From IMG/VR virus record IMGVR_UViG_3300017971_002799, positions 1 through 64,000 of that record: a stretch of DNA of 64,000 bases; one strand, 5' to 3'. Origin of the DNA: a virus. Lineage: Duplodnaviria; Heunggongvirae; Uroviricota; Caudoviricetes. The translations under genes and the position numbers were made by a program. A model generated the notes under the pieces. It was not told the origin of the DNA. It searched no databases and saw nothing but the letters and a program-made list of their open reading frames with translations. The number at the start of each line of letters is the position of its first letter. The first letter of the stretch is position 1. Shown here in pieces: positions 35,330 through 44,661 of this stretch.

Positions 35330-37361
35330 AGATCTACTGAAAAGAAAATACTGTGCACCAGGAGAAGACTTTACAGACCTCTGTAAACGAGTCGCTACAC
35401 ATATCGCTCAAGCTGAAGAAGAAGGCAAGCGAGGATACTGGGAGCAATCCTTTTTCGACATTCTCAGCCATTTAGAGTTTCTACCAAACACTCCTACACT
35501 TGTCAATGCAGGAAAAGGAACAGGTCAACTATCTGGCTGTTTCGTTGTTCCTATAGAAGACTCCATCGAAGGAATCTTTGAAGCGATCAAGCATACAGCT
35601 ATGATACATAAAAGTGGAGGCGGAACAGGTTTTTCCTTTTCTCATATAAGACAGAAGGGAGCAGAGACCAGTAACGGGATAGCGAAAGCTGCTGGTCCAA
35701 TTGCTTTCATTGATGCCTTTAATACTTCTGTGGGAGCAGTAACTCAAGGTGGAAATAGGCCTGGTGGTAATATGGCTATTCTATCTGTAAATCATCCAGA
35801 CGTCATGGACTTTATAGAGGCGAAGAGAGTTGAGGGCGTTCTTAGTAACTTCAATCTGTCTGTCGCAATAACAGACGAGTTTATGAAAGATGTTGAATAC
35901 GATAGAAAGTCAGACCTGATAGATCCTCATACAGAATTGTTATACGATAGAATAAACGCAAAAGATCTTTTCGAGTCTATAGCCAAAGAGGCTTGGGAGA
36001 AGGGTGATCCTGGTGTAGTCTTCATTGACAGAGTAAACGCAGACGATCCAACTCCTTGGCTAGGACCAATTGAAGCTACTAATCCTTGTGGCGAGCAACC
36101 GCTACATCCTTTCGAATCTTGTAACCTCGGATCGATAGATCTAAGTAAATTCATTATTGAACGAGACCGCGACTTTGATTGGGTGCGTCTACAAGTTGCA
36201 GTACGAACAGCTGTAAGATTCCTAGACGATGTAATTGATGTAAACGTTTATCCTCTTGACATAATAGCTGAAACCACTAAGAATACCCGTAAAATTGGTT
36301 TAGGCGTTATGGGCTGGGCAGACGCTCTTATCAAGATGGGTATAATATATGATAGTGAAGAAGCTCTTAAACGTGCTGAGTTCGTAATGAGATTCATCCA
36401 AAGTGCAGCACATGAATACTCAATAGAGCTCGCAGAAGAAAAAGGAGCTTATCCAGCTTACATTGAGGATACGAGAACATTTCACAATCCTGAACAAGTG
36501 CAAAAGCCGCAGAGAAACGCCTGCGTTACAACAATAGCGCCGACGGGAAGACTCAGTATCATAGCTGACTGCTCAGGCGGAATTGAACCTATTTGGGATA
36601 TAGAGTTCCCTAGAACCCAAGCTGGAGAAACTGTTATAGACAAACATCCTCTTTGGGGTCACTATGACATTGAACTCTTTAGAAAAGCCCTCGAGATACC
36701 TTGGGAGTGGCACGTTAAGATGCAAGCAGCTTTCCAGAAGCATGTTGACAACGCTGTTTCAAAAACAATCAACCTCCCCAATGAAGCTACTTGGGAAGAT
36801 ATTTTGGGAGCATACTCACTCTCATACGAACTCGGCTGTAAAGGCGTTACTGTATATCGAGACGGCTGCAGAGATTTTCAAGTATACGGAACGAGAAGTC
36901 CCGAAGAAGAAGCGAGAAGTCGAAAGAGGCCGTCAGTAACATTTGGTACCACAGAAAGCATTCCTATAACCTGTGGTAAATTATACGTCACAGTTAACCA
37001 AGACGGACAAGGTATCTGTGAAGTGTTTGCTTCTCTAGGAAAGTCAGGTGGCTGTATCAATGCTCACCTTGAAACGATTGGGAGACTTGCATCTAACTCT
37101 TTAAGGAGTGGTGTTGCTATTGATCAAGTTATTAGAACGCTAAGCGATGTGAGATGCCCCAAACCTAGTTGGCATCAAGGTGTTAACCTTACATCGTGTA
37201 TTGACGCTATAGCTTCCGTACTGAGAGCCAGAGCCAATCTAGCTGCCACAGGTGGGAATACTAAACAAATCACTGGACAGTGTCCCATCTGTAGTGGGTT
37301 GTTGGTTCATCAAGAAGGATGCGATATTTGTCTCTCCTGCGGCCACTCAAGTTGTGGATAA
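35310..37361 (+). CDS. nrdJ: Ribonucleotide reductase class II (adenosylcobalamin-dependent, NrdJ)
   Basis: N-terminal LEFLPNTPTLVNAG...CFVVPIEDS; active-site NPCGEQPL; C-terminal zinc-ribbon CPICSG...CDICLSCGHSSCG. Confidence 0.8.
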   Translation: MLSENAKDLLKRKYCAPGEDFTDLCKRVATHIAQAEEEGKRGYWEQSFFDILSHLEFLPNTPTLVNAGKGTGQLSGCFVVPIEDSIEGIFEAIKHTAMIHKSGGGTGFSFSHIRQKGAETSNGIAKAAGPIAFIDAFNTSVGAVTQGGNRPGGNMAILSVNHPDVMDFIEAKRVEGVLSNFNLSVAITDEFMKDVEYDRKSDLIDPHTELLYDRINAKDLFESIAKEAWEKGDPGVVFIDRVNADDPTPWLGPIEATNPCGEQPLHPFESCNLGSIDLSKFIIERDRDFDWVRLQVAVRTAVRFLDDVIDVNVYPLDIIAETTKNTRKIGLGVMGWADALIKMGIIYDSEEALKRAEFVMRFIQSAAHEYSIELAEEKGAYPAYIEDTRTFHNPEQVQKPQRNACVTTIAPTGRLSIIADCSGGIEPIWDIEFPRTQAGETVIDKHPLWGHYDIELFRKALEIPWEWHVKMQAAFQKHVDNAVSKTINLPNEATWEDILGAYSLSYELGCKGVTVYRDGCRDFQVYGTRSPEEEARSRKRPSVTFGTTESIPITCGKLYVTVNQDGQGICEVFASLGKSGGCINAHLETIGRLASNSLRSGVAIDQVIRTLSDVRCPKPSWHQGVNLTSCIDAIASVLRARANLAATGGNTKQITGQCPICSGLLVHQEGCDICLSCGHSSCG

Positions 37362-37411
37362 TGGGTCTAGTGTGATGACTAAATACGGATATTTGTTTCA
37401 GGAGGATTAGT

Positions 37412-37603
37412 ATGGCTTGGATATGTCGAAGATGTAGAAGAGCACATGTAGATGGGCAACCCTGTCCCCGTCTCTTTGACACACGAACCTCTGAAGAAAG
37501 AATCGAAGATCTTGAAACTGAGATCGAGAGACTGAAAAGAGATAAATACTCAAGACGAGAAATATTCCGAAAGAGACTTAGAGGTATTAGGTGTAAAGTA
37601 TAA
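37412..37603 (+). CDS. hypothetical zinc-ribbon/coiled-coil protein
   Basis: CRRCRRAH...C motif; SD caggaggattagtATG. Confidence 0.45.
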   Translation: MAWICRRCRRAHVDGQPCPRLFDTRTSEERIEDLETEIERLKRDKYSRREIFRKRLRGIRCKV

Positions 37604-38317
37604 ATGGATATAGCAACAATAGCACCAAAGTCTCTCCTAAGTTTATGCGAGTTAACAAAACTACAATTATGTTACGCTGAGTTGGCTCTCAAGGACAATG
37701 AATATAGAAAGTTCTACCAAAACGTTAAAGGTATCGTTGTCTTAGACCACTCGCCAAGGATACCTAGAAAATCTCTTTCGGAAGAACACTTCCTGGAAGC
37801 AATTGAATTAATCAATCCAAATGTAATAATCTTACCAGACGTAGATTTCTCGGCTGGTACTACGGTGTCAAAATCTCTAAAACTCCTTCAGAGTATCGAG
37901 CCAAAACGTCGGGATCGCTGTGTTGGAGTATTACAAGGAACGAACTTCAAGGAAATAAAAGAGTGTTACAAAACTTTCAAGAGGCATTGTGGGATCATAG
38001 GACTAGCTTCCTCCGCTGAGAAGGTAATGCCTAGAAAACAAATAGCTGATAAGCTTAAGATAAAGAAGCTTCTCCTTTTGTTAGAAGTATTTTCAAACCC
38101 TGTTGACGAGCTCATAACCGACGAAAGATTGTTAGGAATTTGTACCTCGTATCATATACGTTTAGCTGCAGAAGGGCGTACTCTAAAAAACTACACACCA
38201 ACACCTAAACTACTCGATTTTTACGTAGACTACGAAATGCATTACGCTCTAGCAGAGCATAACCTGCAGACATATAAAAAACATTTTAAGAAGGAGATAA
38301 ATCGTGAAACTAGATGA
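37604..38317 (+). CDS. TGT-family DpdA-like protein (paralog 2)
   Basis: Aligns with ORF 28010 (L..D.EY.K.Y...LD.S....EA...I.P.VI.PDV; CVGVLQGTNFKEIKECYKTFKRHCGIIGLASS vs ILPILQGDSHDVATDCAWEIHKMGFNKLAIPYS). Confidence 0.4.
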   Translation: MDIATIAPKSLLSLCELTKLQLCYAELALKDNEYRKFYQNVKGIVVLDHSPRIPRKSLSEEHFLEAIELINPNVIILPDVDFSAGTTVSKSLKLLQSIEPKRRDRCVGVLQGTNFKEIKECYKTFKRHCGIIGLASSAEKVMPRKQIADKLKIKKLLLLLEVFSNPVDELITDERLLGICTSYHIRLAAEGRTLKNYTPTPKLLDFYVDYEMHYALAEHNLQTYKKHFKKEINRETR

Positions 38318-38639
38318 ACTAAAAGCTATAGTAGAAGAGATGGATAAGGAGTGCACAGAGTTACTAGGTCTCAAAAACGCTGATTACTCCAACGAAGAAG
38401 ACGCTTTGGATAACTTCAAAAAGACTTCCGCAATCTGTGCTATTCTCGATATAGACACTCGAAGGGACGGTCAAGACTCGGCGCTATTCCTCGCAATATT
38501 GAAATTAACTCGTTGGTGTAACCTGCGAAATAAGACTACCAAACCTGTAAACGAGCCCATACGTGGCTCAGTAGCAGATCTACATAACTATATCAATCTC
38601 GGTTACGCTCTCAGTGTGGAATCTAAAGAAACTCTCTAA
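38304..38639 (+). CDS. hypothetical protein
   Basis: ORF track; lies within the nucleotide-metabolism cluster. Confidence 0.5.
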   Translation: MKLDELKAIVEEMDKECTELLGLKNADYSNEEDALDNFKKTSAICAILDIDTRRDGQDSALFLAILKLTRWCNLRNKTTKPVNEPIRGSVADLHNYINLGYALSVESKETL

Positions 38640-38649
38640 GGTGAGATAA

Positions 38650-39102
38650 ATGAGTCTACTGAGAGGATTTATAGGTATAACAGTTGCCATTGGTGTGTAC
38701 TGCTTTCTCACTTATGGCATACTCGCTTCTCATGAAGACGACCTAGATCTAAGACAACAAATCGAGGACGACGGTTGGCAGTACAAGGGAGAAACTATAA
38801 TCGAGCACTCTTTGTATGAGGAAATAGTGGCAACAGAAGGTGTTAGCTCTCTAGCTGCTGACGAGATTAGGATCGTAAGAGTTGAGGACAACAATACAGT
38901 GCTAATCGACTACGCTTTCTTGTCTCTAAACGAGTATGAAAATCTAGACAAAGCCGATTGGGGTTTCGATCGAAGATTTTACAATCACACCGAGCCCATA
39001 GTTAGAGTATTCATATTCCTAGGTTCTATAGTAACATTCCTCATGATAGCCTTTGGACCAACCACCCGGAGAGTAGAACGTGGACAGTCAGAAACTGTAT
39101 GA
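38650..39102 (+). CDS. membrane protein (TM at both ends)
   Basis: Hydrophobic N- and C-terminal segments. Confidence 0.45.
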   Translation: MSLLRGFIGITVAIGVYCFLTYGILASHEDDLDLRQQIEDDGWQYKGETIIEHSLYEEIVATEGVSSLAADEIRIVRVEDNNTVLIDYAFLSLNEYENLDKADWGFDRRFYNHTEPIVRVFIFLGSIVTFLMIAFGPTTRRVERGQSETV

Positions 39103-39445
39103 TGAGGCTCTCGAACAATGGGGCATGGACTCTCAAAAACTAATGCTCGTAGAGGAATGTCTTGAACTGGCTTTAAATATTGTAAAGACTTACAGAGCCG
39201 ACTGTCAAATAACTCGAGAGGACATCGCTGAAGAAATCGCTGACGTGAGAATAATGATAGAACAAGTCGAACAAGCAATGGAGTTAGATGACTTGACAAG
39301 CCACTCGTACGTATATAAACTAAGAAGACTCGAAACAAGACTGTTTCCACCGAAAGTAGATATGGAAGGCGCAATAGAAATAGATCCCAAAGACAAATTC
39401 GTCTTGGAGGAATTCAATGTGTCTAAAGAAGATTTGTCCGAATGA
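39080..39445 (+). CDS. MazG-like nucleotide pyrophosphohydrolase (start ambiguous: duplicated MDSQKL)
   Basis: LVEECLELALN...REDIAEEIADVRIMIEQV resembles the MazG EExxELxxA...EELADVLxY motif. The hexapeptide MDSQKL is encoded twice with synonymous codon differences. Confidence 0.5.
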   Translation: MDSQKLYDEALEQWGMDSQKLMLVEECLELALNIVKTYRADCQITREDIAEEIADVRIMIEQVEQAMELDDLTSHSYVYKLRRLETRLFPPKVDMEGAIEIDPKDKFVLEEFNVSKEDLSE

Positions 39446-39864
39446 TGAGTCTTGTAAAAAGTATACCAAAGAATGTTGGAAAGGTGACTACGCATGCTGG
39501 CGTGGATGGTTTTTCCTCTTCTTCTTTATTTGGGCTACCTGGTTCAGACTACGAAAATGGGAGCGAAAGAATGATGGAGATACAGATACAGATAACAAGC
39601 ACAGGTAACGAAAAGGTAGACGGTGTAATACGTCGTGCTATATTAAACGCCGTCCAATCTGGCACTGTTGGTTGTAAAGAGAAGTCCCATAGGCATGTGC
39701 CGAAAGAGAGTCGTACATACACCTTCATACTTGATAGGCCTTTATGTGTCGGAAAAAATAACGGAATGATTGGCTGTCCCGACGGTTGTGAGAAGTATCC
39801 TGTAAAGTGTTGGAATCCTGGAATGAATGAATGCTATGTTCCAAAGGTTGACGAAGAAAAATGA
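39442..39864 (+). CDS. hypothetical Cys-rich protein
   Basis: CKEKSHRH...CVGKNNGMIGCPDGCEKYPVKCWNPGMNECY. Confidence 0.45.
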   Translation: MMSLVKSIPKNVGKVTTHAGVDGFSSSSLFGLPGSDYENGSERMMEIQIQITSTGNEKVDGVIRRAILNAVQSGTVGCKEKSHRHVPKESRTYTFILDRPLCVGKNNGMIGCPDGCEKYPVKCWNPGMNECYVPKVDEEK

Positions 39865-40040
39865 GTAAAGGCTACACAGAACCAATACCTATAATAGTCG
39901 CAATAATTGTAGGAACTCTTATCGCTTCAACAATAAATCTAGCCTCACAAGGAACCTACCTTGCGATCGTTCCCGCAATCACTGCAACCATAGCTTTAGG
40001 AATGTATGTATATCACTTAAGGAGAAAGCTGCGTGATTGA
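39861..40040 (+). CDS. small membrane protein (59 aa)
   Basis: Not in the ORF track; MSKGYTEPIPIIVAIIVGTLIAS...AIVPAITATIALGMYVYHLRRKLR; overlaps the polymerase start. Confidence 0.35.
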   Translation: MSKGYTEPIPIIVAIIVGTLIASTINLASQGTYLAIVPAITATIALGMYVYHLRRKLRD

Positions 40041-42414
40041 CCTAAGACTTTGCAATTGTGAAGAGTGTCCTCTATTCGGCTCCGGTATGGTTGTTACCAG
40101 ACGACCTTTTATATCTCCATACAATGTGATATACAAAGCAGTTACACGCAACAACGTTTTTCTGCAGCACTTTCGGATAGCTGAAGTCGAAGAGATCGAC
40201 CCTGTAGAAGTTCTTCTTATTGGAATGGCCCCCGCTTATGAAGAACTTCGCCAAGGAGATTTCTTTGTAGGCCAATCGGGTTTGCTCCTCAATGCTGTTA
40301 TGGGACAGTTAGACTACGATAGCTACGCTGTCTCTAACGTTTTGCTTTGTAGAATACCTGAAGAAGCTACACAATCTGAAATAAACAAAGCCGCTGATTG
40401 TTGCTTTCCAAGGCTGGAAGCTCAAATAAAGGAGTACCAACCAAAGTTATTAGTTGCTTTGGGAAACCTGCCTTTACACACTCTAACAGGTTTAAACATA
40501 GGTATAATGACGGCCGAAGGAAGGGTTCTCCCCAGTGACTATGGAGACGTTCTCGCAGTACAACACCCTGCAGCTGTTTTAAGATTTCCAGACAACTACC
40601 CAGACTTCCTAGAAGCTTTAAAAGGCGGTCTCAGATGGAAGTATGGAACTTACAAACAAATCACAGACGAACCTAATACTGTAGTTGTCGATGAAAACAA
40701 TATGGCCGATGTTTGTCAAAGAATCGAAAACGCCGGACTGGCAGCTATAGATCTCGAAACAACTCGTACAGGACTTAACCCTTATGGCCGAGAGCCTGAT
40801 GGTATTCGTTGTATGGCTATCACAATCGAACCAACGACAACATATATAGTACCAGGAGAAAGCTCTCCATACTGGCCTGAGCACCCTAACTTCATAAATC
40901 ATCCTGCTTTGATGGAAGTTATTCCTAAAGTTAAAGGTGTTTACCACAACGGACAATTTGATTGTGCTTTCATGTGGCAGACTGGCTATCGAAACAAAAT
41001 GTATTACGATACGATGATAGCACATCAAATAATGGATGAGAGGCCGAGATCCCATGGTTTGAAGGTATTAGCAAGAAAGAGATTGGGAGCGCCTGACTGG
41101 GAACATGATATAAAAAGGTATTTGCCTACTGGGAAAAGTAGTTATGACCTAATCCCCGACGACGTGCTCTATAGATATGCCTCTTTCGATACGATAGCCA
41201 CATATTTACTCTATCAACAATTCGAATCGGAAACTCGAGGGACGTTTTTCGACAAGTTCCTTATGAGAGCCGCTAACATGTTTGTAGATCTTAGGCACAC
41301 GGGAATTCGAATAGATCCTTGGGTTCTCATGCAAGCTGATGAGCTACTGGAGCAAGATCTGGACCAGAAAATAAAAGAGCTTTACGAAATCATCGGCCAT
41401 TATATAAACCCTCTGTCGTGGGCACAAGTTGCTGAACTACTGTACGATGAATTAGAACTACCACAAATAGCTGGACGTTCAACATCGGTTGACATACTTA
41501 AGAGATTACCTTATCATCCCGCTATAGAAAAGATTATAGAAATTAGACAGGCATCCAAGTTACGTTCTACTTACGTTTTATCTCTAATAGGGTTTATGGA
41601 TAACGATTATAGAGTACATCCAACAATCAAACTAGCAAGCACTGTAACAGGGAGAGCTTCGTCTGAAGATCCCTCTGTCATGACAATTGTGAGAAACAAT
41701 AACATCAAAAAGATGTATCTGCCCGAAGACGGTTCTCTCTTTATGGAAGCTGATGCAAAGCAGATGGAAGTAAGATGGTTTGCTATTTACAATCAAGACG
41801 AGGTGTTAAGAAAACTCTTAAACGAGGGCGACCCTCATGACATGATTAGAAAGCACATCTTAAAACTCACAGGGAAAGATTACCCAAGAGTGAGAGTAAA
41901 AGGTGCTGTTTTTGGTAAGATGTATGGCCGAGGAATTGATTCCTTCATGGCTGAATTTGGTGTACCTGCAGATGAAGCACAAGAGATCATTAATGGTATA
42001 ACAGAATTACTACCTACACTAAAACAGTACAACGATAGAATCGAGCACGATATAAAAACACTCGGTTACTTAACCAGCTACTTCGGAAGAATAAGAAGAT
42101 TCGGATTGTTAACGAAACGATCTTTTTATGAAGCACTCAAACAGGGAGTCAACTTTCCAATTCAATCAGCTGCCTCAGATACTAACTTATGGACGATGGT
42201 TCATCTCTATGAGAATGCTGATAAGTTTGGTATAGTGCCGCACTTCCCAGTTCATGACTCTGTTATCATGAGTATACAAGACAAGGATATGGTTCCGCTT
42301 GTGAAGAAGGAAATGGAGACCTTTAGTCAGGAAATTGTTAACAACGAAATGGAATTCGACATTGAAGTTAAAATAGGCCCTAACTGGGGCGAAACAAAGT
42401 TGTTAGAGGTATAA
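40033..42414 (+). CDS. Family A DNA polymerase with 3'-5' exonuclease and N-terminal UDG-family-4-like domain (catalytic Glu replaced)
   Basis: N-terminal LLIGMAPAYEELRQGDFFVGQSGLLLN (UDG4 GEAPGxxExxxGxPFVGxAGxLL, with E->M) and QHPAAVLR (UDG motif B). Exo I AIDLETT, Exo II YHNGQFDCAF, Exo III YASFDTIATY. Pol motif A EADAKQMEVRW, motif B RVKGAVFGKMYG, motif C VHDSV. Confidence 0.85.
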   Translation: MIDLRLCNCEECPLFGSGMVVTRRPFISPYNVIYKAVTRNNVFLQHFRIAEVEEIDPVEVLLIGMAPAYEELRQGDFFVGQSGLLLNAVMGQLDYDSYAVSNVLLCRIPEEATQSEINKAADCCFPRLEAQIKEYQPKLLVALGNLPLHTLTGLNIGIMTAEGRVLPSDYGDVLAVQHPAAVLRFPDNYPDFLEALKGGLRWKYGTYKQITDEPNTVVVDENNMADVCQRIENAGLAAIDLETTRTGLNPYGREPDGIRCMAITIEPTTTYIVPGESSPYWPEHPNFINHPALMEVIPKVKGVYHNGQFDCAFMWQTGYRNKMYYDTMIAHQIMDERPRSHGLKVLARKRLGAPDWEHDIKRYLPTGKSSYDLIPDDVLYRYASFDTIATYLLYQQFESETRGTFFDKFLMRAANMFVDLRHTGIRIDPWVLMQADELLEQDLDQKIKELYEIIGHYINPLSWAQVAELLYDELELPQIAGRSTSVDILKRLPYHPAIEKIIEIRQASKLRSTYVLSLIGFMDNDYRVHPTIKLASTVTGRASSEDPSVMTIVRNNNIKKMYLPEDGSLFMEADAKQMEVRWFAIYNQDEVLRKLLNEGDPHDMIRKHILKLTGKDYPRVRVKGAVFGKMYGRGIDSFMAEFGVPADEAQEIINGITELLPTLKQYNDRIEHDIKTLGYLTSYFGRIRRFGLLTKRSFYEALKQGVNFPIQSAASDTNLWTMVHLYENADKFGIVPHFPVHDSVIMSIQDKDMVPLVKKEMETFSQEIVNNEMEFDIEVKIGPNWGETKLLEV

Positions 42415-42596
42415 AGGTTTGTATAAATACGTTGTCTGTTTCTTTAACAAGAAAAACGAAGTGGTAGCTACTTATGACAACGTAGATGCTTGGTCTAACT
42501 TCGAAGCATATGCAGAGGTTAAATCAGACTTCACTTCCTGGTTTACCGAACAATATTCCTACTTAACAGAAAGACTTAACGAGGATTGGTGATATA

Positions 42597-42905
42597 ATGA
42601 ATCTTTGTTTTAGACATGCAGTGCTAAGAGTAGCTCAAAAAGGCGAAAAGATTTATCCTACTACCTTTAAAGTGAAAAACGAATGTGCCGACTGTCAAGA
42701 GGAAGAGCGAATTGAGACTTTAAGACACCGGACTCAAGACGTCGTTGAAGTCGCTCGGATGAAGGATCCCGAATACAAAACCTGGAAGGAAGAAACTCTA
42801 AAAGATTGCGAGTACGGAAGCTACGAAACAGTCTGCAGGCATCCCAACAATAGCACAAGAGACCTAAAAGGTAATTGTGACTTCGAAAAGTGTCCGAGAA
42901 GGTAA
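42597..42905 (+). CDS. hypothetical Cys-containing protein
   Basis: ORF track. Confidence 0.4.
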   Translation: MNLCFRHAVLRVAQKGEKIYPTTFKVKNECADCQEEERIETLRHRTQDVVEVARMKDPEYKTWKEETLKDCEYGSYETVCRHPNNSTRDLKGNCDFEKCPRR

Positions 42906-43272
42906 AACAGGAGGTATAGTGTTAAAAGAAGAACTGCGATTAAGAATAGGTCATCTAATCACAGAAGGACAACAAAAGGAAAGTGACAAGCTGTGGCCTA
43001 CTGTAGATCAAATAATCGAACTATTTGAAAAACGAAAACAAGAAACTGCAGTCTCAAGAGCACAACTTCACTACTGTAGATCTGAAATCAACGCAATATT
43101 CCAGCTAAGCATTTTTAGTGACTGTTGTACCTGGAAACGAGAAAACAAATGTTTGCACCTCCACGCTGATAAGTGCACTTATAACGGAGTTATGTTGACG
43201 TGTATTCGTAACGAAAAATACGAAAAAGCCTTAAAGGAACTTTACAAAGTGTACGATAAACTGGAGATATAA
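42877..43272 (+). CDS. hypothetical protein
   Basis: ORF track; probably a GTG start. Confidence 0.4.
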   Translation: MTSKSVREGKTGGIVLKEELRLRIGHLITEGQQKESDKLWPTVDQIIELFEKRKQETAVSRAQLHYCRSEINAIFQLSIFSDCCTWKRENKCLHLHADKCTYNGVMLTCIRNEKYEKALKELYKVYDKLEI

Positions 43273-43329
43273 AGATAATGAGATTAAGAACTAAGATCTT
43301 AATAACTCTTCAAATAGGAGGATTGAACA

Positions 43330-43980
43330 GTGATTAAAGGAGAACTAAAACCAATCACAATAAAGGCTTTCGATCTGTCACAAGCTTTCTACAGATGCTG
43401 CAAGTCAATTCTCGTAGAAGGATTTGACTACAAAATCGATAAGGGAAGCTCTGAAGGAAGATTTAGAAAAGAGTTTGACTTCGTGACCATCCAAATATCA
43501 AGACCAGACGCACGACCTCTGTATCCTGATATTCCAGATGGTATACCTTCTCCCTGTAACATGAGTCAAATAGAAGATTACATGGACTATCTCATAACTC
43601 CTACTAAACAGGAGAACGAACAATATACCTATGGAGAGTTTATACATCACCAAATACCCACAGTAATAGAGAGATACAAAAGAGACGGTGAAGGTTGCAA
43701 TCAGCTTTACATGACTATAGGAGATCAATACTCAATGCAAATGCCCGATCCCCCTTGTCTCAGAGGGATAGATACACGAATAAGATATGGAAGATTACAC
43801 TTCATGGTATACTTCAGGAGTTGGGATCTCTGGGCGGGTTTTCCAGTCAACCTAGGGGGCATACAACTCTTAAAAGAGTATATGGCTAACGAAATTGGGA
43901 TTGAAGATGGTGAACTCATTGCCTGTAGTAAAGGACTTCACTTATATGATCACTGTTGGGAACTAGCGGAGGCTTTGTAA
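43330..43980 (+). CDS. Thymidylate-synthase-family enzyme (short; ThyA / pyrimidine hydroxymethylase-like)
   Basis: PDPPCLRGI (ThyA PPCH nucleophile region); LHFMVYFRSWDLWAGFPVNLGGIQLL (ThyA QFYVxxxxLSCQLYQRSxDxFLGxPFNIASYALL); GELIACSKGLHLYDHCWE (ThyA GDFxxxxGDTHLYSNH). Confidence 0.6.
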   Translation: MIKGELKPITIKAFDLSQAFYRCCKSILVEGFDYKIDKGSSEGRFRKEFDFVTIQISRPDARPLYPDIPDGIPSPCNMSQIEDYMDYLITPTKQENEQYTYGEFIHHQIPTVIERYKRDGEGCNQLYMTIGDQYSMQMPDPPCLRGIDTRIRYGRLHFMVYFRSWDLWAGFPVNLGGIQLLKEYMANEIGIEDGELIACSKGLHLYDHCWELAEAL

Positions 43981-44061
43981 TGTTAGTAACAGAAATCGTA
44001 CTCGTCGGTTTAGTAATCGGCGTAGCTATAATAGTAATCAAAGAGCGAAACTAAAAAGAGG

Positions 44062-44661
44062 TTGCAAATAATGGACATCATTCCTTATGGGAAAAAGTAT
44101 CCAGACGTTACTAAGCTACTATATGACAAAGGCTATCTAAGGAGATATCCAAAACAACACAAAAGAGATGATCTACAGTACGACGATGGCATAGACATTG
44201 TCTACGATCTGAAAAACCTACCACCTGCAAAGTTTACGGAAGCATCTGACTTGTTACTACTAGCTGCCTATACAGAAGCACAAAGATATAAAGACGCTAC
44301 GTACAAATTCGCAAAGTTCATGGTGCACCTCAACAGAACAGCGCAAGGGAAAAAGCAGGTAAAGAAAGAAAGAGGTTATATAGCAAGTAGACATCGCGAT
44401 CCTGAAATCATGGTATACGGAGAACAAGGTCTTGGATACGAACTACCGGAAGAAGAGAAAAAGCCTTTCTTGATCAACAAAGTACAAGAGATACTAGGAA
44501 TTCCCGATAGCCCTAGCCCTGGTCCTTATGTCAAAAAACAACAACCATATAAAGTAATCAGACTAACAATTGGAATCAGAGCTGGCAAGATGTGGGAAGG
44601 TGTTCCAGGTCTTCTTATTCCTGGTGTGACTAATGTTAGCGAAGAAGCTACAGAAGAATGA
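44062..44661 (+). CDS. hypothetical protein; candidate terminal (priming) protein for the adjacent PolB
   Basis: The stop overlaps the PolB start (gaagaATGAaagg) and the protein is Lys/Tyr/Ser-rich. There is no sequence-level proof; the call rests on synteny with protein-primed replicons. Confidence 0.3.
   Translation: MQIMDIIPYGKKYPDVTKLLYDKGYLRRYPKQHKRDDLQYDDGIDIVYDLKNLPPAKFTEASDLLLLAAYTEAQRYKDATYKFAKFMVHLNRTAQGKKQVKKERGYIASRHRDPEIMVYGEQGLGYELPEEEKKPFLINKVQEILGIPDSPSPGPYVKKQQPYKVIRLTIGIRAGKMWEGVPGLLIPGVTNVSEEATEE

Noticed and set aside
40618-41055. 145-aa minus ORF inside the PolA gene
   Set aside because: Antisense to a strongly supported polymerase CDS.
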